From: Macrostomum lignano
Lineage: Eukaryota
Assembly (NCBI GenBank): GCA_002269645.1
Contig: NIVC01001185.1
Span: 278,099 to 342,098 of the forward strand
DNA: 64,000 nucleotides
Direction of reading: 5' to 3'
The first letter of the stretch is position 1. Each line of letters begins with the position of its first letter. The position numbers and the translations under genes were made by a program. The notes under the pieces are model-generated. The model ran no database searches, was not told the DNA's origin, and saw nothing but the letters and a program-made list of their open reading frames with translations. Shown here in pieces: positions 45,601 to 58,700 of this stretch.

Positions 45601-47453
45601 CTATACAATCAAGCTGCCTCACTGTTAATAACTGTTGCTATAGCCTCACTGTGTCTATAGCAGTGAGGAGGGGTTGTAGCCTAGTGGTTAGAGTATTGGC
45701 CTCACGACTTGAAGGTCGGGGGTTCGATTCGGCCAACCCCACTCGGAACAATTTGTGTCCTTGAGCAAGACACTTAACTCTCTGCAGTGCTTCAGTTCAC
45801 TTAGCTGTAAGATGGGTGCCAGCATTAGCTGGGATTATTGATGGTGTGTGTGGCGACCTCCCAGTCCTTGGACTGAACAGCCGTATGCAGCCTTCAGATG
45901 CGCTATGCAATAAAGTCTCACAAAGGCTTAAATTCCCCACCTGGCAGGGAGCTGGACCCGGGCCTAGAAGAGGCCGTGGCCACGCTAATCTGGGTGACAC
46001 CCCGTCTGCAGGCCGACATAGCGGAATTCAAATCTGTGGCTGAGCAGCTCACTTTGAAGTACAGCAAAGAATTCGCCCAAGCCTGCCTATCTAACGAGAT
46101 GAACAATGTCAGCGAGAAGGTCATGCACAAGCTTGGCGTTCAGGCCCCGCCGAAACTGCTAGTTGAACGCTACCTAATTGAGATCGCTAAATCCTTTAAC
46201 GTGCCGTTCACTCCCGATCCGGACGTGATGCGCGAGGAGGAAGAGGGCGCCTCGAATCTTATCGATATCGATCAGGGATTTGATAGTCGCAAGGGAGGCG
46301 GCAGCGGCGGGGGTGGTGGCGGCGGCGGCGGCGGCGGCGGCTTGCCTTCAGTACCGGCGACTCCCTATCCGATGCAGCCGGGCTTCCCGCAGCCGGCTGC
46401 CTTTCCGGCTGGTAGCGCCGCCGCTTCTGTCGGTGGCGCGGTTGGTGGCGGCGCCGCTTCTACTAACTCGGCGCCAGCGGGTCCTGAAGGTCAGTTTTTA
46501 TCGATTTTTAGTGCTAATCTTGTACATCAAATCTTTGAATCTTCAAACGCTTAAATTTTCTATTTATTCAGCGGTTGTTGTCTCTGTGCTATGTGCTTTG
46601 GAACGTGGAATTTGTCAATTATAGATTCCCACTTTCTCATTCTTTATCTTTTCATCCTTATCTGATCTCCGCACCTCTCCTCTGATCTTCCCTTTACTTC
46701 TCTCTAATCTCCTTTTTCTCCCGTTTTATCTCCTCTTTCTCCCCTGTCTAATCTCCTCTGTCTCCCTTCTCTAATCTCCTCTGTCTCCCTTCTCTATTAT
46801 CCCCTTTCTTCCCTCTCTAATCCCCTCTAATCTCTCCTTTATCCCCTCTTGGATTTCGCTTTTCTAACCTCATCTAATATCTAATCTCTTATTTTCTCCT
46901 CTCCGATCTCTCCTTTCCTCTTTTCCGTTCTCCTATCTAATCGATACTGTGAATACACTTTATTGCATCATTAAAACTTTACGGTTCAATAAAAAATTAA
47001 TCGAAAAACATTTGCAGCATTTGCTCCTGGTGACATGTGTAAGTTATTTTTACTGCAGGTTTTGAGCGTACAATATGATCATTTAATAATGACCGGTCTC
47101 TCTTCGGTGGTTTATTGACAGCCTTCCTAATTGGAGTTGATTCGCGAAAATTGATTTAATTTGTATATTTCATTCATTTATTTGCTTTCTCAGGTGCGCA
47201 GCCACCGCCCTATCAGTACCAGCCGCCACCGCCTGCCCAGCAACAGCAGCAGCAGATGATTAACGACAAGTCGGGCCCTCCGCCGGGCGGATTCACTCTG
47301 CCTGACCTGCCAGGCGTGCCAAACAGTCCAGCAAACAGCTACCAGCCGCCGCAGCAGCCTCCAGGTGGAAGTGGGGGAACCGGCGGTGCCAGCGAAGATG
47401 TGGACTTCGACGATCTTACCAGACGATTCGAAGAGCTGAAGAAGCGTAAATAA
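39619..47453 (+). CDS. IST1: IST1 homolog (ESCRT-III-associated), 3 exons, 356 aa
   Basis: Exons 39619-39887, 45948-46489 and 47194-47453 total 1071 nt. NLRLVINRLKLLEKKK...ARIRVEHIVREDYLVEAMEIIEMYCDLLLARFGLI, APPKLLVERYLIEIAK and the C-terminal MIM1 DFDDLTRRFEELKK match IST1. Confidence 0.97.
45668..45915 (+). mobile_element. tRNA-derived SINE, copy 2, with a CORE/Meta-like central domain
   Basis: A box TAGCCTAGTGG, B box GGTTCGATTC, central GTGTCCTTGAGCAAGACACTTAAC...CTGTAAGATGGG. Homologous to 8976-9218. Confidence 0.88.
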
Positions 47454-47689
47454 TCTGCTGGAGTCCAATGATGAAAATAACTGACATACTATCTGTTGCG
47501 GACAGTTTAACTCATAATCCATTCTATTGTTATTGCTTTGTTATAATAAAATTAAGGGGAACTTCATTTCTGACACTCGGTGACACTTAGTGACCCTAGC
47601 GACTCGTCTTAGAGTCACTACCTGTGTTACCTGCAACAACTTTCGGATGCTTCTTAAGGTTGACTGACTTGGGGAGAAAGAAGAGAAGG

Positions 47690-47909
47690 AAGAGTAGAGG
47701 GGAGATGTGGGGAGAGAGGTGAGATGAGAGATGAGAGGGTAGATGAGGGGAGAGAGGAGAGAAATGATAGGAGACCCCGGATGAGCCGAGAGAGGACACC
47801 TGAGATGAGTTTTAAACCTTGAGCCGGCCTGATTGCTATTGTGAAGTTTCATGGACCCCGAGGGCCGGATAGAGAGAGGGCTTTGCGGGCCGTAGTTTGC
47901 CGAGCCCTG
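47690..47909 (-). mobile_element. hAT-like non-autonomous element end with an AG-rich interior
   Basis: Reverse complement begins CAGGGCTCGGCAAACTACGGCCCGC, resembling hAT/Charlie MITE termini. Second terminus not located. Confidence 0.45.
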
Positions 47910-48479
47910 ATCTAGCTGTGATAAATTGTTACATTGTGGGAGTATATTTACTCGTTGCAAATTTAGTTAATCAATTATTACTGAAATCTAGTAGCTTAAA
48001 TTCATTCCTAAGCTACTTCAGATTACTAAGAGAAAAGTAGTCCTGCTATAATCCCTTCTTAATGATTATTTTTGCAACTTTTCATTTCTATTCAGAGATT
48101 TTTTCTATTTAAGAAAAACAACAAATTTTCTTTTATTGCTACTTGTTTATTCTGTGAGTAGTGCGAAACGTTTCTTATAACAATATTTTAGTGTCAAACT
48201 AAAGAAAAAACTATAAAAAACGTTGAATAAATTAACAATTTCAAAATATTTCTCCTGAGTAATTGTTTTAATTATGTTTAAAATGCTTTGTACATCCGTG
48301 CGTTGATTGTAAGAAATTATTTATGCCTGCAAAATATACGGATTTTCCGTTGGCCTACATATTAAATTATAATCATAAAAATCTGTTAGGTAAAACAGAA
48401 ACGTTTGTGGCACAATTTTGAGTAAAACTATTTTCTTTTCCATTTAAAAATTTTCATTTCTTTAATCTGGTATGTCTTT

Positions 48480-49085
48480 GTTTTATATTCTACCCTACAC
48501 TACAATCCCATTCTATTCTACCCTACACTGCAATCCCATTCTATTCTACCCTACACTGCAATCCCATTCTATTCTGCCCTACACTGCAATCCCATTCCAT
48601 TCTACCCTACACTGCAATCCCATTCCATTCTACCCTACACAGCAATCCCATTCCATTCTACCCTACACTGCAATCCCATTCCATTCTACCCTACACTGCA
48701 ATCCCATTCCATTCTACCCTACACTGCAATCCCATTCCATTCTACCCTACACTGCAATCCCATTCCATTCTACCCTTACACTGTTTTCCCATTCCATGCT
48801 ACCCACCCCACTGTAATCCTATTCCATTCTACCCAGCCCACTGTAATCCCATTCCATTCTACCCACCCCACTGTAATCCCATTCTACCCTACACTGCAAT
48901 CCCATTCCATTCTACCCTACACTGCAATCCCATTCCATTCTACCCTACACTACAATCCCATTCCATTCTACCCTACACTGCAATCCCATTCCATTCTACC
49001 CTACACTGCAATCCCATTCCATTCTACCCTACACTGTAATCCCATTCCATGCTACCCACCCCACTGTAATCTCATTCCATTCTGC
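48480..49085. repeat. 28-bp minisatellite (CCCATTCCATTCTACCCTACACTGCAAT)
   Basis: Tandem copies. Confidence 0.93.
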
Positions 49086-49666
49086 CCCTGTTTTCAAAAT
49101 TTTGCAATAATTTTCCATTTTCCCTAGCCAGCGCTTTATCTTTTTTATTCTGTTTAGATTGGACTCAATCGTGTCTATTCCATTCGCATGGAAAGGTAGG
49201 CATATATGGTTCCACAGTCAGTTCCTGTGCACTCAACCAGATCCTGAATTATCCAATTCATCTCGATAAGACAAGACCCAGCAGAACCAGGAACTAGAAA
49301 AAGCAAATATATATTCGCACACCCTTACCTTTTTTTACTCTCTCGGAAGTTGGGACCGGGGTCAAGCAAGGGGCGCACAATGCTTTAACTTCCCGTATGG
49401 ATTGGGTTTTTATTAATGCCGCGGCCATTGTCCGTGTGTTGACAATTGAATTAGCCTGGCTTAGTGGATTGGAGATGGGAGAGAGCGGAAAGTGTTCTGT
49501 TTATTGCAGTTTCCATGGTTACTAACTCGCTCTTTTTGTGTGCTTTCCGCTGTTTCTACCTGGCCTGCAAAATCTGCACCTTGTCTGTGTATAAAATATT
49601 AGCATCGTGCGGGCTTCACTTTTGAGCTGAGGTCCTGGACTTTCTAAGCCTAGAGAGACTGAGAAA

Positions 49667-52600
49667 ATGTCTAATCGCTTTCATTTGGGCTGTTTTGCCA
49701 TTGTAGCCTTACTGCTTGTCGATGGGCCTCTTGGTAAGTGCGCGTGTCATGTTCCATGTGGATGACTCAATTAAAAGCCAGCACCAATTGTCAGAAATGA
49801 AGTTCTGCGGACAGAATACCTGCTTTCAACTATTTTGCTTGGTTGTGTTTTAAACTAGAGCACAGATCGCCTTGAACAGCTGGCTCAGCTGGCAGTCTAG
49901 CAGAGTGCAGCTTTGGAATAGCGAGCTGCGCGCCTGATAGACATTTAATCAGCCTCATTGGCTTTATTGTCTATGGCCGAGTGCAGTTCTGTGGCAGTGG
50001 CTTTGATTGGCTAATTTATTGTCTATGGCCGAGTGCAGTTCTGTGGCAGTGGCTTTGATTGGCTTTATTGTCTATGGCCGAGTGCAGTTCTGTAGCAGTG
50101 GCTTTGATTGGCTTTTTTGTCAATGGCTGAGTGCAGTTCTGTAGCAGTGGCTTTGATTGGCTTTATTGTCTATGGCCGAGTGCAGTTCTGTGGCAGTGGC
50201 TTTGATTGGCTAATTTATTGTCTATGGCCGAGTGCAGTTCTGTGACAGTGGCTTTGATTGGCTTTATTGTCTATGGCCGAGTGCAGCTCTGTGGCAGTGG
50301 CTTTGATTGGCTTTATTGTCTATGGCCGAGTGCAGCTCTGTGGCAGTGGCTTTGATTGGCTTTATTGTCTATGGCCGAGTGAAGCTGTGTGGCAGTGGAT
50401 TTGATTGGCTTTATTGTCTATGGCCGAGTGAAGCTGTGTGGCAGTGGATTTGATTGGCTTTATTGTCTATGGCCGAGTGAAGCTGTGTGGCAGTGGATTT
50501 GATTGGCTTTATTGTCTATGGCCGAGTGCAGTTCTGTAGCAGTGGCTTTGATTGGCTTTTTTGTCTATGGCCGAGTGCAGTTCTGTGGCAGTGGCTTTGA
50601 TTGGCTTTATTGTCTATGGCCGAGTGCAGTTCTGTGGCAGTGGCTTTGATTGGCTTTATTGTCTATGGCCGAGTGCAGTTCTGTGGCAGTGGCTTTGATT
50701 GGCTTTATTGTCTATTGCCGAGTGCAGTTCTGTGGCACTGGCTTTGATTGGCTTTATTGTCTATGGCCGAGTGCAGTTCTGAGGCAGTGGCTTTGATTGG
50801 CTTTATTGTCTATGGCTGAGAGCAGCTCTCCAGCAGTGGCTGCTGCTGCTGTAACGAATAGGAGAAGTAGAATTTATTTGCGGTAGTCGTTGAAATTAAA
50901 TCTTAAAAATTCCTTGGAAAACATTTTATTTCTCACGCTAGAATTTTTTTTGTTTTCTAGTATACAAAAAGAGGCTTTAAAAATATAGGGCCGATAAATA
51001 AGGCCAATGTAAAATATCGATAACTCTGCTTATGATGGAGCAAAAACCTGACCTTAGTTAAAGTAGTAGAAGTAGTAGTAGTATTGGTATTAGCACGCGT
51101 ACAGTTGCGGTACTCCTTTGATCACGGTAGCCCCGCTATTATTCACGCGCTTCACGCAGTTTCCACAGCAGCCTCGGCGCCGTCCGCCACCGATCTGTGC
51201 GGCGCCGGACAAGCCTGGCGCTATTCCCCACTGGCCAGCGCCTGCTACGTCCTGCTGGGGGGCGGCGCGCCCAGAAATCGATCGTTTGCCATCGCCAGTT
51301 GCTCTGCTATTTCCGCCAGACTGCCAGAAACTGACAGCCAGGCCGCGATCGACGGATTAAGATTGACGCTTAACGGCATGGGATTTGGTGGCGATGAACT
51401 TTGGCTAGGGGGCGATAATTCCAGTAAGTCCTGAGGTCCATGTGACACTCCTGAGGTCCATGTGACACTTCTGAGGTCCATGTGACACTTCTGAGGTCCA
51501 TGTGACACTTCTGAGGTCCATGTGACACTCCTGAGGTCCATGTGACACTTCTGAGGTCCATGTGACACTTCTGAGGTCCATGTGACACTTCTGAGGTCCA
51601 TGTGACACTTCTGAGGTCCATGTGACACTCCTGAGGTCCATGTGACACTCCTGAGGTCCATGTGACACTTCTGAGGTCCATGTGACACTTCTGAGGTCCA
51701 TGTGACACTTCTGAGGTCCATGTGACACTCCTGAGGTCCATGTGACACTTCTGAGGTCCATGTGACACTTCTGAGGTCCATGTGACACTTCTGAGGTCCA
51801 TGTGACACTTCTGAGGTCCATGTGACACTCCTGAGGTCCATGTGACACTCCTGAGGTCCATGTGACACTCCTGAGGTCCATGTGACACTTCTAAGGTCCA
51901 TGTGACACTTCTGAGGTCCATGTGACACTCCTGAGGTCCATGTGACACTTCTGAGGTCCATGTGACACTTCTGAGGTCCATGTGACACTTCTGAGGTCCA
52001 TGTGACACTCCTGAGGTCCATGTGACACTCCTGAGGTCCATGTGACACTTCTGAGGTCCATGTGACACTTCTGAGGTCCATGTGACACTTTTGAGGTCCA
52101 TGTGACACTTCTGAGGTCCATGTGACACTCCTGAGGTCCATGTGACACTCCTGAGGTCCATGTGACACTTCTGAGGTCCATGTGACACTTCTGAAGGTCC
52201 ATGTGACACTTCTGAGGTCCTTGTGACACTCCTGAGGTTCATATGCTCCTCTTGAGGTCGTTATTCACAGTATTATCTGTCACCAACTTAATCTCAGGCG
52301 GTTCCTTTGCATGGATCAACACGTCCAAGCCGATCGCCAACTCCCTGTGGTTGCCCGGTTTCGGTCCGAACAACAACAGCGTCAGCATTAGCGGTGGGAC
52401 AGCTTGCGTTTCCTATAAAATCCAGCTAGCCTCTACAGGTGATGCTGTATGGATTCAGCGTAGCGGCATAGCCATCGCTAATTGCAACGCCGCGTTTGCC
52501 ACTGTGTGCGAGAAACCAGGTAAGTTACGTGTATCAGAGAATTTTACTTGGCCAGCATAGCAATAGACTTTTTACTGGCGTAAATCTGACCGATAACGGG

Positions 52601-53569
52601 TATCGTACTATGCGTTGTCGAATTTCTAACTAAAGGGCCAGATATTAAATCTAGCGCATGGCTGCGGGCCAGAGAGAGGAGAGGAGAGAATTTGTAAGAG
52701 AGGAGAGGGGGGATGATGGGAGATGGGAAGGAGAGAATGAGAGAAGAGAGAGAAAAGAGATGAGGGGAGAGAGAAGAGATGGGAGATGAGAGAGGAGGGG
52801 AGAGAGAAGAGAGGGTAGAGAGAAGAGAGGGGAGATGAGACAGGAGGGGAGAGAGAAGAGATGGGAGATGAGAGATGAGGGGAGAGAGAAGAGAGGGGAG
52901 ATAAGACAGGAGGGTAGAGAGAAAAGAGGGGAGATGAGACAGGAGGGGAGAGAGAAGAGAGGGGAGATAAGACAGGAGGGGAGAGAGAAGAGAGGGGAGA
53001 GAAGACAGCTGAGAAGAGACACGAAAGGAGAGAAGAACTGCTATTGTGAAGATTCAAAGGATCCGAGGGATAGAGAGGCTTCGTTGCCCGCGGGCCTACC
53101 CCAGCGTTGCTCCGAATTCAGGATGCCAAATCAGAACCCAGAATACCAGCTGGCATCACTCTATCTCTGACCTACAGAAGTTACAGAAGTCTGCAGGCTC
53201 TATGTTTACAAATTACTCTGTAGAGACATTACCCAAAAAATCCCAAAATTTATTCGAAATAAAAACGACTTTGCCGCACAGTGCCAAAATGCGACCCGAG
53301 CGCGATCTCCGGTTACAACCCCGGCACAATGACAGCCACAAACGTGACCAACAATAAGGCGTATTACAACCTGTTCAACATCGGCTTGGAGTCCAGCCTG
53401 AGGTGTCTGCCCGGATTCTTCCGGGAGCGCGACTCGCCTACGGCAACGGTAGCGACTCCAACTCTGAGCAGCAGCGGACAGTCGGTGAACACCATGCTGT
53501 GCGGATACAACATGTCCGGATCGGCCTACTCGCCAGTAGTGCTGCAGGGATTTGTGGAACAGTGCTATC
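49667..53569 (+). CDS. Secreted or membrane protein: signal peptide + C-type lectin domain + sushi/CCP-like domain (3' exons not found)
   Basis: Exons 49667-49733 (MSNRFHLGCFAIVALLLVDGPL), 51169-51423, 52298-52519 and 53282-53569, with all introns in phase 1. CTLD: LCG...SACY...AIASC...LWLGG / FAW...LW...ACV...NCNAAFATVCEKP. Sushi-like: KCDP...RCLPGF...LC...YSP...C. TATAAA at ~49590. Confidence 0.8.
49950..50835. repeat. 49-bp minisatellite (CTTTGATTGGCTTTATTGTCTATGGCCGAGTGCAGTTCTGTGGCAGTGG), intron 1
   Basis: ~17 tandem copies. Confidence 0.95.
51430..52240. repeat. 20-bp minisatellite (CTGAGGTCCATGTGACACTT/C), intron 2
   Basis: ~40 near-perfect copies starting 7 nt after the donor at 51424. 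Confidence 0.96.
52625..53110. mobile_element. hAT-like MITE remnant with a polypurine core, intron 3
   Basis: AAAGGGCCAGATATTAAAT...GCGGGCCA at left and GCCCGCGGGCC at right resemble hAT/Charlie MITE ends. The AG-rich core resembles 47690-47780. Confidence 0.4.
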
Positions 53570-53581
53570 GTAGGTTTCATC

Positions 53582-53970
<389 letters not shown>

Positions 53971-55719
53971 TACTGTCTGTGTGTTTACGTGGACTTTTTG
54001 GAAGTTCAGTAGCCTCGTTAGCTGGACCACCCGGTGTAGGTAGACCACTTAGGTGGACCACCAAATAATTTTGTCTCTGGTGGGGTTAAGACGTTGATGA
54101 GGATCTCACATTAATGTCAGGCGGGTCAAGAAAGGCTTAAGCAATTTTGGGATGTCTAGCATGGTTTTTTCCAAAGTTATTTGCATTTCAGTTTAGCTGG
54201 ACCTCCAGCCTGGTCTACCTAAACCGAGCGAGTCTGGTCCACGTAAACCGAAAAATTTTAGAAAATTTTTCGAAAATCGTCTGTTTGTGTCTGTTTGTGT
54301 CTGTTTGTGTCTGTTTGTGTCTAGCAGTTATTAAGCATAGATTCGATGCAAAACTGAATTTTTTACAGATCATTACCTTACGAACAAAGGGCTATGTTAG
54401 CATCATATTATGACCGCTACTGGCTTTAAAACAATATGCGTTCAGTTCTTTGACATTCAAGTAGGTGCGCAGGTTAATTAAAAATTCTGAAACCTCGTAT
54501 GCGAAATGAATTTGATACAGTAAACTTTAAACTCCATTTAATTAGCTCAGTTCCAGCAATTCCGGTATCGTACTCTGAGCACAGACTCACAGAGTAAGAC
54601 ACCAACGTAAAGAAATCCAATTCGCTAACCAGATCAAACGATAAAGACTCCGAGACAAGAAAGATATTTAAGTGAAGCCTAAATAGTATTCTTCAATGAC
54701 TTCTCAAGAACTCCCAGTGGTCCTTGATAGCCACACTGTGTAAATGCGAATTTCTGAGGCTCTACCATTACACAAGAAGAAAATAGCAACTTCATGAATT
54801 AAGTGCTTGCCAATTCTATCCTAACACTATGGGATATCCTGTTCTATCCTCCTCCAATGTTGGAAGAAGAAGATCCTAAGCTGCAGCCTTTCAAGTGCAA
54901 AGTTGAAGATGCAATTTACCTAATTGAAAAGGACAATTCATACATGTACATGCAAAAGATTTGATCAAGAGGACGCAATTAAGAAGGGCCTTTTAGCTAG
55001 CGATCGGGTCTCTGACTCTCTAGCAAAAGGTCGACTTGATTGCGGTCCCAGTAAAACTAAGAACGCATTAACAGTCAGCCTAACACTCACTGTCTGTTTG
55101 GTCCACGTAAACACATGTGCAGGAGTATAGGGTTGGAACAGGCAGACAGACAGACCTCCCTTTCTATAATTGGCTGGTTAACACTTAGGAGGATAGATCC
55201 ACCCCAACAATGGGACCGACCGCAGCCAATAGGAAACCCGCAAGCGTTCTGAAGGTAAGACAGTGGAGAGAGGGATATATAATGTCTAAGCGGGTGGTCC
55301 ACGTAAACCATGGCGTAGTGAGACCAGACACCGACAGTTTAAAAGAAAGTACTTATAATCCACACTATACAACTCTAAAGGATTGCAATTGTATAGATTA
55401 GAACGTTTTTTTTATACTTAATAGGTCTAATGTTAATCCTTACTCCAAGTTTCATCCATATATAAATTTATTGTGCCAAAAACTGTAATCAACAACCAAG
55501 ATATGATGACCCGCAAAAAAGGACGCCAAGCCTAAAATAAAAACTAAAAAAACACCGTCGCAAAAAGCCACTGCGAAATCGAAGAAGCCGCATCGCCTGG
55601 TGAAAATCATCAGTATGCTCGCAGATCCGTCGACACCGAGTCCAGAAAAGTGAGTTTCGTTTGATGATCTCAAAGTAGCTAGCTGCAAGGCCTGCAACTC
55701 AATTGCTGTAGAGAAGCTG

Positions 55720-58700
55720 GTCCACCTAACCTACAGACACAACTGAATCAGCTCTCTCAGTCTGTTTGAGGCTTTGGCTCTCAGAAGGTGGTCCACCTAA
55801 CCTACAGACACAACTCGAACAGATTTCTCTGTCTGTTTGAGGCTCTGGCTCTTAGGTGGTCCACATAACCTACAGACACAACTGAAGCAGCTCTCTCAGT
55901 CTGTTTGAGGCTTTGGCTCTCAGTAGCTGGTCCACCTAACCTACAGACACAACTCGAACAGATTTCTCTGTCTGTTTAAGGCTCTGGCTCTCAGAGCCGC
56001 CGAGAAAGTTTAGTGCCGAGAATGCTTCAGTTTGTTAGAATGCAATCAGAACAGATTCCTAGAAAGTGAGCTAGTCCAGCATCAAGGCAGAACATCTGGA
56101 TGTGTAACGAAAGTCTCTCGGAGACTCCTGGCTCAGATTATCGCCTAGAAGTGCTGTGGAGTAGCTGGTCCACCTAACCTACAGACACTACTCGAACAGA
56201 TTTCTGTCCGTTTGAGGCTCTGGCTCTCAGAGCCGCCGAGAAAGTTTAGTGCCGAGAATGCTTCAGTTTGTTAGAATGCAATCAGAACAGATTCCTAGAA
56301 AGTGAGCTAGTCTAGTATCAAGGCAGAACATCTGGATGTGTAACGAGAGGCCCTTGGAGATTCCTGGCTCAGATTATCGCCTAGAAGTGCTGTAGAATAG
56401 CTGGTCCACCTAACCTACAGACACAACTCGAACAGATTTCTCTGTCTGTTTGAGGCTCTGGCTCTTAGGTGGTCCACATAACCTATAGACACAACTGAAG
56501 CAGCTCTCTCAGTCTGTTTGAGGCTTTGGCTCACAGTAGCTGGTCCACCTAACCTACAGACACAACTCGAACAGATTTCTCTGTCTGTTTAAGGCTCTGG
56601 CTCTCAGAGCCGCCGAGAAAGTTTAGTGCCGAGAATGCTTCAGTTTGTTAGAATGCAATCAGAACAGATTCCTAGAAAGTGAGCTAGTCCAGCATCAAGG
56701 CAGAACATCTGGATGTGTAACGAGAGGCTTTTGGAGATTCCTGGCTCAGATTATCGCCTAGAAGTGCTGTGGAGTAGCTGGTCCACCTAACCTACAGACA
56801 CAACTCGAACAGATTTCTGTCTGTTTGAGGCTCTGGCTCTCAGAGCCGCCGAGAAAGTTTAGTGCCGAGAATGCTTCAGTTTGTTAGAATGCAATCAGAA
56901 CAGATTCCTAGAAAGTGAGCTAGTCTAGTATCAAGGCAGAACATCTGGATGTGTAACGAGAGGCTCTCGGAGATTCCTGGCTCAGATTATCGCCTAGAAG
57001 TGCTGTAGAATAGCTGGTCCACCTAACCTACAGACACAACTCGAACAGATTTCTCTGTCTGTTTGAGGCTCTGGCTCTCAGAGCCGCCGAGAAAGTTTAG
57101 TGCCGAGAATGCTTCAGTTTGTTAGAATGCAATCAGAACAGATTCCTAGAAAGTGAGCTAGTCTAGTATCAAGGCAGAACATCTGGATGTGTAACGAGAG
57201 GCCCTTGGAGATTCCTGGCTCAGATTATCGCCTAGAAGTGCTGTAGAATAGCTGGTCCACCTAACCTACAGACACAACTCGAACAGATTTCTCTGTCTGT
57301 TTGAGGCTCTGGCTCTCAGAGCCGCCGAGAAAGTTTAGTGCCGAGAATGCTTCAGTTTGTTAGAATGCAATCAGAACAGATTCCTAGAAAGTGAGCTAGT
57401 CCAGCATCAAGGCAGAACATCTGGATGTGTAACGAGAGGCTCTCGGAGATTCCTGGCTCAGATTATCGCCTAGAAGTGCTGTAGAATAGCTGGTCCACCT
57501 AACCTACAGACACAACTCGAACAGATTTCTCTGTCTGTTTGAGGCTCTGGCTCTCAGAGCCGCCGAGAAAGTTTAGTGCAAGAATGCTTCATTTTGTTAG
57601 AATGCAATCAGAACAGATTCCTAGAAAGTGAGCTAGTCCAGCATCAAGGCAGAACATCTGGATGTGTAACGAGAGGCTCTCGGAGATTCCTGGCTCAGAT
57701 TATCGCCTAGAAGTGCTGTAGAATAGCTGGTCCACCTAACCTACAGACACAACTCGAACAGATTTCTCTGTCTGTTTGAGGCTCTGGCTCTCAGAGCCGC
57801 CGAGAAAGTTTAGTGCCGAGAATGCTTCAGTTTGTTAGAATGCAATCAGAACAGATTCCTAGAAAGTGAGCTAGTCCAGCATCAAGGCAGAACATCTGGA
57901 TGTGTAACGAGAGGCTCTCGGAGATTCCTGGCTCAGATTATCGCCTAGAAGTGCTGTAGAATAGCTGGTCCACCTAACCTACAGACACAACTCGAACAGA
58001 TTTCTCTGTCTGTTTGAGGCTCTGGCTCTCAGAGCCGCCGAGAAAGTTTAGTGCCGAGAATGCTTCAGTTTGTTAGAATGCAATCAGAACAGATTCCTAG
58101 AAAGTGAGCTAGTCCAGCATCAAGGCAGAACATCTGGATGTGTAACGAAAGTCTCTCGGAGACTCCTGGCTCAGATTATCGCCTAGAAGTGCTGTGGAGT
58201 AGCTGGTCCACCTAACCTACAGACACAACTCGAACAGATTTCTGTCTGTTTGAGGCTCTGGCTCTCAGAGCCGCCGAGAAAGTTTAGTGCCGAGAATGCT
58301 TCAGTTTGTTAGAATGCAATCAGAACAGATTCCTAGAAAGTGAGCTAGTCTAGTATCAAGGCAGAACATCTGGATGTGTAACGAGAGGCCCTTGGAGATT
58401 CCTGGCTCAGATTATCGCCTAGAAGTGCTGTAGAATAGCTGGTCCACCTAACCTACAGACACAACTCGAACAGATTTCTCTGTCTGTTTGAGGCTCTGGC
58501 TCTTAGGTGGTCCACATAACCTACAGACAAAACTGAAGCAGCTCTCTCAGTCTGTTTGAGGCTTTGGCTCACAGTAGCTGGTCCACCTAACCTACAGACA
58601 CAACTCGAACAGATTTCTCTGTCTGTTTGAGGCTCTGGCTCTCAGAGCCGCCGAGAAAGTTTAGTGCCGAGAATGCTTCAGTTTGTTAGAATGCAATCAG

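Noticed and set aside
55452-55697. 81-aa minus-strand ORF next to the satellite
   Set aside because: No recognisable domain or supporting splice structure.
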